In this document: one piece after another, positions 8,348 through 17,779 of the stretch
Layout: every line of letters begins with the position of its first letter
Numbering within the stretch: position 1 is the stretch's first letter
DNA from: Eubacteriales bacterium
GTDB lineage: Bacteria > Bacillota > Clostridia > Oscillospirales > CAG-272
Reading direction: 5' to 3'
Length of the DNA stretch: 30,749 nt
NCBI GenBank assembly: GCA_045588615.1
Contig: JAZNEN010000244.1
Location: forward strand, 1-30,749
Made by a program: the position numbers and the translations under genes
Notes under the pieces: generated by a model
Told to the model about the DNA's origin: nothing
The model's database searches: none
What the model saw: only the letters and a program-made list of their open reading frames with translations

Positions 8348-8371
8348 AATGTCGCCTATATTTTTTTTATT

Positions 8372-9709
8372 TTAGTTCACATCCGCAGGACGGGGAGTTG
8401 TAAATTCAACAGTTATTATCTGTGATTTTCCGTCACGGTAAATAACTATTTCAACTGTGTCGCCGACACAGTATGAAGCAATAAGCGTTGAAAGTGCATT
8501 TGCGGATGTTATCATCGTGCCGTCAACAGTGAAGATGATATCATCTGCCTTAAGACCCGCCTTCTGTGCATCAAATCCGTCCTGAATTTTTGTTATATAG
8601 ACATATCCCTGTCTTGTCTGTCCGATCTCGACACCGAGATATGCTTTATCACTTGAAGATTTGTTTGAGATGATATCCTGAACTATGCTGTATGCCGTGC
8701 TTGACGGAATAGCAAATCCGATACCCTCAACATCGCTTCCCGATGATTTTGCATTGACAACACCGATAAGCTCACCTGCCATATTGAAAAGTCCGCCTCC
8801 CGAGTTACCGGGGTTTACAGGTGCATCCGTCTGTATAAGCGTCATCATCTTGTTATCAATTTTTATTTCGCGCGCCAAAGCTGAAACGATACCGCTTGTG
8901 ACGGAACCGCCAAGCTCGCCGAGGGGGTTGCCTATTGCGATAACAGTCTGACCGACCTTCAAATTGTCAGAATTTCCGAATGTTGCTACAGGAAGCTCCT
9001 GCGCTTCTATCTTTATAACAGCCAAGTCATTTTTGGTATTCACACCCCAAATGACAGCATCGTATGTTTCACCGCTTCTCAGTCTTACCGTGACCTTTTC
9101 AGCACCGTCAATAACGTGATTGTTTGTAACGATGAAGCCGTCCTTTGTTACAATTACACCGCTTCCGGCACCCTGCGAGACACTCTGTCCGAAGATGGAA
9201 CCGTATACGACTTTCTCCGTCTTTATTTCAACAACACAGTCAACCGTTTTTTCAACAACACTGACCATTTCATCGGGCTGTACAACGATATCGCTGTAAG
9301 AAAGCGTTTCATCGCTTAATGTAATATCGCCTTTTGCATCAGTCACATTTCCTCCTGTAACCTCACCGTTAACAGGCGGATTCGTTCCATCCTTACCGCC
9401 GAAATATCTTCCCGCAAAGTATGCACCCGTACAAAGCAAAGCGGCAGCAAGCAAACATATTATAACAATACCGGCAGAACTTTTCTTTTTAGGCGGTTGA
9501 GACGGATGACGGTACGTTGCATAATCGGGATTTGAAGTATAGCTTCTTGTTCCGCCGTCATATGAGTAAGCTGTTTTCGGAGCTTCCTCATTTTTCGCCT
9601 GTTCGCTTTCATGCTCACCTTCACGTGTTTCGGGAACACTGTCAACCTCCGGAGCATTTATTTCGTTCTTATTAGTGTTTTCGCCAAACGCATTATAATT
9701 TTCGTCCAT
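8372..9709 (-). CDS. htrA: Membrane-anchored HtrA/DegP serine protease with one PDZ domain
   Basis: Single TM segment; catalytic motifs TNNHV, NDLAVIK, NPGNSGG; C-terminal PDZ (AYLGV...AQKAGLKADDII). Confidence 0.95.
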   Translation of the reverse strand: MDENYNAFGENTNKNEINAPEVDSVPETREGEHESEQAKNEEAPKTAYSYDGGTRSYTSNPDYATYRHPSQPPKKKSSAGIVIICLLAAALLCTGAYFAGRYFGGKDGTNPPVNGEVTGGNVTDAKGDITLSDETLSYSDIVVQPDEMVSVVEKTVDCVVEIKTEKVVYGSIFGQSVSQGAGSGVIVTKDGFIVTNNHVIDGAEKVTVRLRSGETYDAVIWGVNTKNDLAVIKIEAQELPVATFGNSDNLKVGQTVIAIGNPLGELGGSVTSGIVSALAREIKIDNKMMTLIQTDAPVNPGNSGGGLFNMAGELIGVVNAKSSGSDVEGIGFAIPSSTAYSIVQDIISNKSSSDKAYLGVEIGQTRQGYVYITKIQDGFDAQKAGLKADDIIFTVDGTMITSANALSTLIASYCVGDTVEIVIYRDGKSQIITVEFTTPRPADVN

Positions 9710-9823
9710 AGTTTTGTCCTTTCAAAATTATGTATCAATATTTTTTGTGACCTTATTATCCCATTTTTATGTGACGGGAATTTGAAATCACACTGATGAC
9801 ATTTTGAAACTTTTCAAAAAAGC

Positions 9824-11032
9824 TTATGCAAACACCTTGTACGATGATATTACTGTATATCCCGCATCGTTAAGCGATTTACAGAATACGTCATACTCCT
9901 CTTTACTGAATACATCTGTAACAAACGCAATAACATTTTCTTCGGGGATATGCGCACAGACATTGAATTTCTTGTCAAACCCTTCGATATTACCGCCCAC
10001 ACGCATAAGGTAAGAAAGCTTTCTTTCGTCCTTTGCCAGAATATCTTTTCCGTCTTCCCATATCTCAAACTGTGATTTTGCATTCTTTCTTGCAGCGATA
10101 TCTATGATATCGGAAACAACAGCACTTGCAGTAGGAAGCTTACCTGCGCCTCTGCCGTAAAACATTACTCTTCCTGCGGCATCGGTGTCAACCATAATAC
10201 CGTTAAACACATCCTCAATACCGTAAAGAGGAACATTGTCCGCAATACAGTACGGAGACACCTCCAGCAAAAGCTTGCCGTTTTGCATTTCTGCAACGCC
10301 GAGAAGCTTTATTTTACATCCGAAGGATTCAGCCGCTTCAACATCTTTTCTTGTTATTTTGGATATCCCTGCAACATTTACATCATCCGGACATACAAGT
10401 TTTCCGGACATTATTGCGCCGAGTATACATATTTTTCTGCACGTATCAAATCCTTCAACGTCTGCTGTAGGATCTTTTTCCGCATAGCCTTTTTCCTGTG
10501 CTTCGGAAAGTGCTCTGTCATAGCTCTTTCCGTGTGTGAACATATTTGTCAGAATATAGTTTGTTGTACCGTTGAGGATACCTGCAATACGTGATATTCT
10601 GTTTGCGGAAAGGCACTGTGCAATAGGAGTAAGTGCGGGAATTGCGCCGCCTGTGCTTGCTTCAAACAAGTATCTTGCACCGTTTTCTGCCGCCTTCTGC
10701 ATAAGCTCAACACCGCAGTAAGCCACTATCTCTTTGTTTGATGTAACAACACTTTTACCCTTTTCCAAAGCCATTGTTGTGAATTTATATGCTGCATTTC
10801 TTCCACCCATCGTTTCGACAACAACATCGACTTCGGGGTCGTTTGCGATAATTTCAAAATCCTTTACCAGTTTATCGGCAAATGGAGAGTCGGGAAATTC
10901 ACGTATATCACATATATATTTCAGATTTATTTTTTCGCCTGCATTTTTTTCGATAATATCGGCGTTGTTTGCCAAAAGCTCACAAACGCCGCTTCCGACC
11001 GTGCCGAATCCTATCACAGCAACATTCAACAT
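9824..11032 (-). CDS. hom: Homoserine dehydrogenase (probable C-terminal ACT-like domain)
   Basis: VAVIGFGTVGSG, VVTSNK, GILNGTTNYIL, YAEKDPTADVEGFD, GAGKLPTASAV. Confidence 0.96.
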   Translation of the reverse strand: MLNVAVIGFGTVGSGVCELLANNADIIEKNAGEKINLKYICDIREFPDSPFADKLVKDFEIIANDPEVDVVVETMGGRNAAYKFTTMALEKGKSVVTSNKEIVAYCGVELMQKAAENGARYLFEASTGGAIPALTPIAQCLSANRISRIAGILNGTTNYILTNMFTHGKSYDRALSEAQEKGYAEKDPTADVEGFDTCRKICILGAIMSGKLVCPDDVNVAGISKITRKDVEAAESFGCKIKLLGVAEMQNGKLLLEVSPYCIADNVPLYGIEDVFNGIMVDTDAAGRVMFYGRGAGKLPTASAVVSDIIDIAARKNAKSQFEIWEDGKDILAKDERKLSYLMRVGGNIEGFDKKFNVCAHIPEENVIAFVTDVFSKEEYDVFCKSLNDAGYTVISSYKVFA

Positions 11033-11071
11033 TTCGTTAATTCCTTTCGGTATTTTAGATTAGACTTTGTC

Positions 11072-11100
11072 ATTTTATCATAAAAGAATGACAAAATCAA
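11072..11100 (-). promoter_or_regulatory. Sigma-A promoter of hom
   Basis: Minus strand TTGATT, 17 bp, TAAAAT, with an extended -10 TG. Confidence 0.6.
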
Positions 11101-11166
11101 CAACTTATTTGTAATTTTGTTTAATAAATCTGTTTAATTCGGTAAAGTTTTGCTCAATTACAGCAG

Positions 11167-11195
11167 TTGACATCACAAACATTGTAGGATATAAT
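11167..11195 (+). promoter_or_regulatory. Consensus sigma-A promoter of the alkD-family gene
   Basis: TTGACA (11167-11172), 17 bp, TATAAT (11190-11195). Confidence 0.9.
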
Positions 11196-11226
11196 ATGAG
11201 AAAGCAAACGAAACGGATAAAAAAAT

Positions 11227-11910
11227 ATGGACAAAATAACACGCACTCTGTTTGAAATAAAGGATGAAAAATATAAAAGCTTTCAAAGCAAGCTTATACC
11301 GACAGTGGACAAAAGCACCGTAATAGGTGTACGTGTTCCGCATTTGAGAAAGATTGCCAAGGAGCTTTTAAAAAGCGGAAAACACCTTGATTTTATCTCA
11401 AAGCTTCCGCACCGTTATTATGAAGAAAATCTTCTTCATTCACTCATACTATGCGAGATTGCTGACTTTGAAGAATGTCTGCATCATACTGAAGCTTTTC
11501 TGCCGTTTGTTGACAACTGGGCAGTATGTGATTCTCTGCGGCCGAAATGCTTTAAAAATCATAAAAGTGAGTTGCTTGAACATATAAAAGGATATCTTCA
11601 TTCTTCCCACTCATATACCGTAAGATTCGGAATAGAGATGCAAATGGTTCATTTTCTTGACGAAAATTTCAATCCTGATTTTTTGAAAACGGTGTCAGAA
11701 ATAAAAAGTGATGATTATTACGTTAATATGATGATAAGCTGGTACTTCGCCTCAGCACTTACAAAGCAGTACGAAAGCACCGTGTGTTATATCGAAGAGA
11801 AAAAGCTCCACCCGTTTGTACATATGAAAACGATACAGAAAGCATGCGAAAGTCTTTGTATCGTCAATGAAAGAAAACAATACCTGAAAACATTCAGGGC
11901 AAATAAATAA
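11227..11910 (+). CDS. DNA alkylation repair protein (AlkD family)
   Basis: IGVRVPHLRKIAK, HRYYEE, DNWAVCD, YYVNMMISWYFA, HMKTIQKACES. Confidence 0.88.
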   Translation: MDKITRTLFEIKDEKYKSFQSKLIPTVDKSTVIGVRVPHLRKIAKELLKSGKHLDFISKLPHRYYEENLLHSLILCEIADFEECLHHTEAFLPFVDNWAVCDSLRPKCFKNHKSELLEHIKGYLHSSHSYTVRFGIEMQMVHFLDENFNPDFLKTVSEIKSDDYYVNMMISWYFASALTKQYESTVCYIEEKKLHPFVHMKTIQKACESLCIVNERKQYLKTFRANK

Positions 11911-11946
11911 CCTTTGGCAAAATATCGAAAATATACATATTAGTAC

Positions 11947-11975
11947 TTGTATTTTTTAAGATTATGTATTATAAT
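11947..11975 (+). promoter_or_regulatory. Sigma-A promoter of the glycogen operon
   Basis: TTGTAT, 17 bp, TATAAT; lies upstream of the AGGAG RBS of glgB. Confidence 0.7.
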
Positions 11976-12012
11976 ATACTTTGGAGTTTTTCACAACAAA
12001 AGGAGTGGTATT

Positions 12013-13917
12013 ATGGCAAGAAAAAAGGAAGAACTCGCACCGTACCTATTTCACCAGGGTACAAACTTCGAAGCATATAAATACCTCGGCCATCACACAC
12101 TTTCAAAAGGAACGGTTGTATTTCGTGTGTGGGCACCCAATGCGGACATTGTTTTCGTAACAGGAGATTTCAACAACTGGGATGAAAGCTGTCCTATGAA
12201 AAAGGTCACAGACAACGGTGTATGGGAAGCTGAGCTCAAACTCAAAATACAAAACAGCGATAAAACCAAGTATAAATACAAGATAAGACGCGGAGGATAT
12301 GAGTTTTATAAAGCAGATCCCTATGCAGTACACTCGGGCACACTTCAAGAAACATCATCATATCTTTATGAGCTGAATGAATATCATTGGACAGACAAGG
12401 ATTGGATGAATTACCGAAAGCAAACCGTTATGCGCGGTGACTATCCGATACCAATGAACATATATGAAGTACACCTCGGCTCGTGGAAAAAGCACGAGGA
12501 CGGCTCGTATCTGTCGTATATTGAGCTTGCAGATGAGCTGGCACCGTACGTCAAGCAAATGGGTTATACCCACATTGAGCTTATGCCGGTAGCGGAGCAT
12601 CCGTTTGACGGCTCGTGGGGCTATCAGGTGTGCGGATTTTATTCCCCCACTTCACGCTTCGGAACACCGGAAATGTTTATGTATTTTGTAAACAAGATGC
12701 ACGAATACGGAATCGGCGTCATAATGGACTGGGTACCTGCGCATTTCCCGAAAAACGCACACGGACTTTATGAATTTGACGGCTCGCCCCTGTATGAATA
12801 TCAGGGATGGGACAGAATGGAACATAAGGTCTGGGGTACACGCTTCTTCGACGTAGGACGTGAAGAGGTACAGTCATTTCTTGTTTCAAATGCACACTAT
12901 TGGTTGAACGAATATCACATTGACGGTTTGCGTGTCGATGCTGTGGCGGCAATGCTTTATCTTGACTACGACCGCGCGCCCGGCGAATGGACACCCGCAT
13001 TTGACGGTTCAAATAAAAATTATGAGTCTATTGCGTTTTTCAAAAAACTGAACTCATCAATTGAAGAAAAGTTTCCCGATGTGATAATGGCGGCTGAGGA
13101 ATCTACCGACTGGCCGATGATAACAAAGCCTGTATCCGATGGCGGACTCGGTTTCCACTTCAAATGGAATATGGGTTGGATGAACGACATAACAGATTAT
13201 GTAAAGCGTGATCCCGTATACAGACAATATCATCACACTGCACTCAATTTCTCGCTTATGTATTCATTCAACGAAAATTATATACTGCCGATATCACATG
13301 ACGAAGTAGTGCACTGCAAAAATTCCGTCATCGACAAAATGTGGGGCGATTATTCGCAGAAGTTTGCAGGCGCAAGACTGTTTATGACATATATGATATG
13401 CCATCCCGGCAAAAAGCTTATGTTTATGGGAAGCGAATTTGCGCAATTCCGCGAATGGGATTACGCATCATCGCTTGAATGGTTTATGCTCGACTTTCCT
13501 GCACATAAAACTTTTCAGCATTTTGTGTCAAGGCTGAACCGCTTCTACCTTTCCAAAAATCAATTCTGGGAATGTGACACATCGTGGGACGGCTTCACCT
13601 GGATAAGAGCCGATGACAGTTCCGGTAATATGTCAGTCTTCACAAGACAGAACAAAAACGGCAAAAAATTGCTTTGCATTATGAATTTTTCGGCATCCCG
13701 CAAGGAAAACTGCTGTATCGGCGTTCCGAACGGCGGTTATTGGCACGAAGTATTTTCCTCCGACAGCCGTGAATTTGGAGGCACGGGCTGTACAAACGGC
13801 TCAATTTTGGCACGCGAGATGATGTGCGACAACCTGCCGTATGCGCTTTCGATAACCCTCCCGCCCCTTTCAGCAGTTATATTCGAGCAAGAAGATATAG
13901 AAATAAAAAGCGAATAA
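12013..13917 (+). CDS. glgB: 1,4-alpha-glucan branching enzyme
   Basis: FRVWAPNA, IYEVHLGSW, SWGYQ, DWVPAHFP, RVDAVAAM, AEESTDW, SHDEVVH. Start moved to ATG 12013 (AGGAG RBS at 12001). Confidence 0.97.
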   Translation: MARKKEELAPYLFHQGTNFEAYKYLGHHTLSKGTVVFRVWAPNADIVFVTGDFNNWDESCPMKKVTDNGVWEAELKLKIQNSDKTKYKYKIRRGGYEFYKADPYAVHSGTLQETSSYLYELNEYHWTDKDWMNYRKQTVMRGDYPIPMNIYEVHLGSWKKHEDGSYLSYIELADELAPYVKQMGYTHIELMPVAEHPFDGSWGYQVCGFYSPTSRFGTPEMFMYFVNKMHEYGIGVIMDWVPAHFPKNAHGLYEFDGSPLYEYQGWDRMEHKVWGTRFFDVGREEVQSFLVSNAHYWLNEYHIDGLRVDAVAAMLYLDYDRAPGEWTPAFDGSNKNYESIAFFKKLNSSIEEKFPDVIMAAEESTDWPMITKPVSDGGLGFHFKWNMGWMNDITDYVKRDPVYRQYHHTALNFSLMYSFNENYILPISHDEVVHCKNSVIDKMWGDYSQKFAGARLFMTYMICHPGKKLMFMGSEFAQFREWDYASSLEWFMLDFPAHKTFQHFVSRLNRFYLSKNQFWECDTSWDGFTWIRADDSSGNMSVFTRQNKNGKKLLCIMNFSASRKENCCIGVPNGGYWHEVFSSDSREFGGTGCTNGSILAREMMCDNLPYALSITLPPLSAVIFEQEDIEIKSE

Positions 13918-13941
13918 AATAAATCGTAAAGGAGAACATCA

Positions 13942-15156
13942 ATGTTCAAGAAAAAGGAATGTGTTGCTATGCTCCTGGCAGGCGGTCAGGGTAGCAGACT
14001 TTACACACTTACGGAAAAAACCGCAAAGCCCGCCGTGGTATTCGGCGGAAAGTACAGGATCATTGACTTCACTCTTTCCAACTGCGTAAATTCGGGTATA
14101 GATACAGTCGGTGTCCTGACACAGTATCAACCCTTGGTGCTCAATGAGTACATCGGAAACGGACAGCCTTGGGACCTTGACAAAACGTACGGCGGTGCTA
14201 TGGTGCTTCCTCCGTATCAGCGTCAGAAGGGCGCTGACTGGTACAGCGGTACAGCAAATGCAATATATCAGAATATCGACTTTATCGCAAGATACGATCC
14301 CGACTATGTTCTTATCCTTTCAGGAGACCACATCTACAAGATGGACTACTATGCAATGCTTGAATATCACAAAAAGAACAATGCGGACTGCACTATCGCA
14401 GTTATAGATGTTCCGATTGAAGAAGCAAGCCGCTTTGGTATTATGAACACGAATGACGACGGATCGATCTATCAATTTGAAGAAAAACCCAAACAGCCCA
14501 AGAGCACGAAGGCTTCAATGGGAATTTATATATTCAACAAGCAGAAGCTGTTTGATTATCTTACAGCCGACGAGGCTGACCCCAATTCATCAAAGGACTT
14601 CGGAAAAAACATTATTCCCGCAATGCTGAATGGCGGTGAGCGTATGTATGCGTATCCCTTCAGCGGTTATTGGAAGGATGTCGGAACAATATCGAGCCTT
14701 TGGGAAGCAAATATGGATCTTTTAGGTGAAAAACCCGTATTTAACCTCAAGGAACCCTCTTGGAGAATATATTCGCGTAATTCAACAGAGCCGCCGCACT
14801 ACGCGGGCGATGATTCGGTTATCATCAACTCTCTCATCACGGAAGGCTGCGAAATATACGGACGCGTTGAAAACTCCGTACTTTCAAACGGTGTTACTGT
14901 TGAAGCGGGTGCTGTTGTAAAGGACAGCGTAATTATGAAAGGCACTGTAATAAAATCCGGCGCTGTGGTAAATTATACGGTTATGGACGGCGACACCGTT
15001 GTAGGCAATGGATGCTCCATCGGCGGTGACAAACAGAACGGTGAAATCACACTTATCGGCGGCGGTCTTTCAATTCCCGACGGCACAGTTATTGCCCCCG
15101 GCAAAATGATAAATGAAAGTTCACTGAAAGAACTTACCGAAAAGGAGGATGTATAA
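13942..15156 (+). CDS. glgC: Glucose-1-phosphate adenylyltransferase
   Basis: [53 protein letters not shown]. Confidence 0.97.
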   Translation: MFKKKECVAMLLAGGQGSRLYTLTEKTAKPAVVFGGKYRIIDFTLSNCVNSGIDTVGVLTQYQPLVLNEYIGNGQPWDLDKTYGGAMVLPPYQRQKGADWYSGTANAIYQNIDFIARYDPDYVLILSGDHIYKMDYYAMLEYHKKNNADCTIAVIDVPIEEASRFGIMNTNDDGSIYQFEEKPKQPKSTKASMGIYIFNKQKLFDYLTADEADPNSSKDFGKNIIPAMLNGGERMYAYPFSGYWKDVGTISSLWEANMDLLGEKPVFNLKEPSWRIYSRNSTEPPHYAGDDSVIINSLITEGCEIYGRVENSVLSNGVTVEAGAVVKDSVIMKGTVIKSGAVVNYTVMDGDTVVGNGCSIGGDKQNGEITLIGGGLSIPDGTVIAPGKMINESSLKELTEKEDV

Positions 15157-15157
15157 T

Positions 15158-16288
15158 ATGTCCGCAGTTGGTATAATATTTTCAAATGTTCACGACAGAA
15201 ATATTCCCGAGCTTACACAGATGAGAACGATGGCATCGGTTCCCTATGGATGCCGTTACAGATTCATTGACTTTGCGCTTTCCAATATGGTAAATTCAGG
15301 CATACAGAAGGTCGGCGTAATAACACAGTCAAACTACCAGTCGCTTATGGACCACATAGGAAACGGTAAGGACTGGGATCTGGCATCACGTTCAGGCGGT
15401 ATCAAAATACTTCCCCCTCACATAACAGCATTTGCAAGTACATCAAGGCTCAGCTTTGCAACAAGGCTTTCGGGGCTTATAAACAGCTTGCATTTCATCG
15501 AAAGATGTAAAGAAGATTATGTTGTTATGTCCGACTGTGACGTTATCTGTAATATAGATTTCAGAAAGCTTATCGATGCGCACGAAAAAACAGGTGCAGA
15601 TATAACGATAGCGGTTAAAAACGTTGTTCTCAATTCCGAATCATGCAAGAAAAACGTCATTATTGATTCCGATGAAAACGGACGTGCGAAGGACATTTTC
15701 GTATATCCTACCGAAAAAACAGGCGTACACGATATAAGCCTTAACATTATGGTAATGAAGCGTGAATTTTTACATTCCGTCATACACGATTCAAAGGCAC
15801 ACGATTATACAAGCTTTAACTCTGATGTAATTGCAAGAAACATAAACTCATATAAGATAATGACATATAAATATGACGGTTATTTTGCATGCGTTTCATC
15901 ATTTGCGGAATACTATTCTTCATCAATGGCGTTGTTGAATCCTGAAGTGCGTAATGCGCTTTTCAATATCAAGGACCGTCCTGTTCTCACAAAAGTAAGA
16001 AACTCATCCCCGACAAGATACGGAAATCATTCCTCTGTTAAAAATTCTCTTATTGCAGACGGATGTATCATCGAAGGAACTGTTGAAAATTCGATAATTT
16101 TCAGAGGTGTTAAGGTCAGCAGGGGCACTTGTGTAAAAAATTCTATAATTATGCAGGACTGCGAGATAGGCGAAAATGTTGTTTTAAACTGCGCCGTACT
16201 TGATAAGAATGTCGTTGTACGTGACAGCCGTGTACTTTCCGGACACGAAACAAAGCCGTATTTTGCAGAAAAAGGTATAATGATATAA
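15158..16288 (+). CDS. glgD: Glucose-1-phosphate adenylyltransferase regulatory subunit
   Basis: GlgC paralog lacking the GGxGxRL motif (ASVPYGCRYRFIDF). ATG 15158 is 9 nt after AGGAGG. Confidence 0.94.
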   Translation: MSAVGIIFSNVHDRNIPELTQMRTMASVPYGCRYRFIDFALSNMVNSGIQKVGVITQSNYQSLMDHIGNGKDWDLASRSGGIKILPPHITAFASTSRLSFATRLSGLINSLHFIERCKEDYVVMSDCDVICNIDFRKLIDAHEKTGADITIAVKNVVLNSESCKKNVIIDSDENGRAKDIFVYPTEKTGVHDISLNIMVMKREFLHSVIHDSKAHDYTSFNSDVIARNINSYKIMTYKYDGYFACVSSFAEYYSSSMALLNPEVRNALFNIKDRPVLTKVRNSSPTRYGNHSSVKNSLIADGCIIEGTVENSIIFRGVKVSRGTCVKNSIIMQDCEIGENVVLNCAVLDKNVVVRDSRVLSGHETKPYFAEKGIMI

Positions 16289-16318
16289 AAATGCTTATAG
16301 TTTAAAGGAATAGACACA

Positions 16319-17764
16319 GTGATGAAAAAAATATTGTATGTTGCGACTGAAGCGCTTCCTTTTGCATCATCGGGCGGTTTGGGTGATGTTATAGGTGCGC
16401 TTCCCATCGCGGTAAAAAAAGCATCTCCCGAAGATGATGTCCGTGTTATACTTCCTCTTTATTCGGCAGTATCGGGCGCATACAGGGACAAAATGAAAAA
16501 AGAATGTGAATTTGAAGTTTCACTTTCGTGGCGCCGTCAGTATGCGGGGCTTTACAGCTATAACCTTGACGGTGTTGTGTATTACTTCATCGACAATGAA
16601 TATTACTTTAAAAGAAATGCTCTGTACGGCGATTTTGATGACGGAGAACGTTTTGCGTATTTCTGTGCAGCAGTTCTCAAATCAATGGAAATGACGGGAT
16701 TTTACCCTGATATTCTCCACGCAAATGACTGGCAAAGCGCCCTGTCGATAGTCTATTTGAGGACAAAATACAGCAATTGGGAGCATTACCGTGACATCAA
16801 AACGGTGTTCTCTATCCACAATATCGCCTTTCAGGGAAAATACAGCTTTGCCATACTTGGAGATGTGTTCGGTCTCGGTCAAGGCGAACGTGAAATACTT
16901 GAATACGACGGATGTATCAACCTTATGAAAGGTGCTATCGTTTGCTGTGATATACTTATGACTGTAAGCGAAAAATACGCCGACGAAATACAATCCTCGG
17001 TATATGCACACGGTCTTGAATATATGACACGTCTTTATTCGGGAAAAACACGCGGTGTACTTAACGGAATTGATGTGGATTATTATGACCCCGCTACCGA
17101 CACGGCGATAGCCCAAAATTACACATGGCGTTCTTTGGGTAAAAAAGTTGACAATAAGCTCAAGCTTCAGAAGTCAATAGGTCTTCCCGAAAGGGCTGAC
17201 GTACCGATGATATCCATCATTTCACGTTTGACAGAGCAGAAGGGTCTTGACCTTGTAAAAGCTGTTATCGATGAGGTGCTCACAGACGACATTCAGCTTG
17301 TTATACTCGGCAAAGGTGATTATGAATACGAGGACTTTTTCTATCATCTTGAAAAGAGACACCCCGATAAGGTACGCACACTGCTTTGTTACAACAAAGA
17401 TCTGTCAAAGAACATCTATGCCGCATCGGATATATTCCTGATGCCCTCGAAAACAGAGCCGTGCGGTCTTTCACAGATGATCGCCTCGCGCTACGGAGCA
17501 ATACCTGTTGTAAGAGAAACGGGCGGACTTTACGACTCCATCAAACCGTATATCGAACACACAGACGGAACATTTGAAGGCGATGGCTTTACGTTTGCGA
17601 ACTACAACGCACACGATATGATGTACACACTCCGTCTTGCTATATCCCTTTACAGAGATAAAGCAAAGTGCAAAGAACTTGTAAAGAAAATTATGCGCCG
17701 TGATTTTTCTTGGGAAGTATCCGCGGTCAAATATCTTGAAATATACAATCAATTAAAGAAGTAA
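16319..17764 (+). CDS. glgA: Glycogen synthase (GT5)
   Basis: GGLGDV, HANDWQ, IHNIAFQG, GVLNGID, SRLTEQKG, EPCGLSQM, RETGGL. Confidence 0.96.
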   Translation: MMKKILYVATEALPFASSGGLGDVIGALPIAVKKASPEDDVRVILPLYSAVSGAYRDKMKKECEFEVSLSWRRQYAGLYSYNLDGVVYYFIDNEYYFKRNALYGDFDDGERFAYFCAAVLKSMEMTGFYPDILHANDWQSALSIVYLRTKYSNWEHYRDIKTVFSIHNIAFQGKYSFAILGDVFGLGQGEREILEYDGCINLMKGAIVCCDILMTVSEKYADEIQSSVYAHGLEYMTRLYSGKTRGVLNGIDVDYYDPATDTAIAQNYTWRSLGKKVDNKLKLQKSIGLPERADVPMISIISRLTEQKGLDLVKAVIDEVLTDDIQLVILGKGDYEYEDFFYHLEKRHPDKVRTLLCYNKDLSKNIYAASDIFLMPSKTEPCGLSQMIASRYGAIPVVRETGGLYDSIKPYIEHTDGTFEGDGFTFANYNAHDMMYTLRLAISLYRDKAKCKELVKKIMRRDFSWEVSAVKYLEIYNQLKK

Positions 17765-17779
17765 AAGGAAATTCTACCA

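Noticed and set aside
11033-11226. Searched for a T-box or SAM riboswitch upstream of hom
   Set aside because: No conserved motifs, and the predicted leader is only about 30 nt.
13297-13326. GlgB SHDEVVHCK instead of SHDEVVHGK
   Set aside because: The catalytic HD and E residues are intact; this position is variable as far as I recall.
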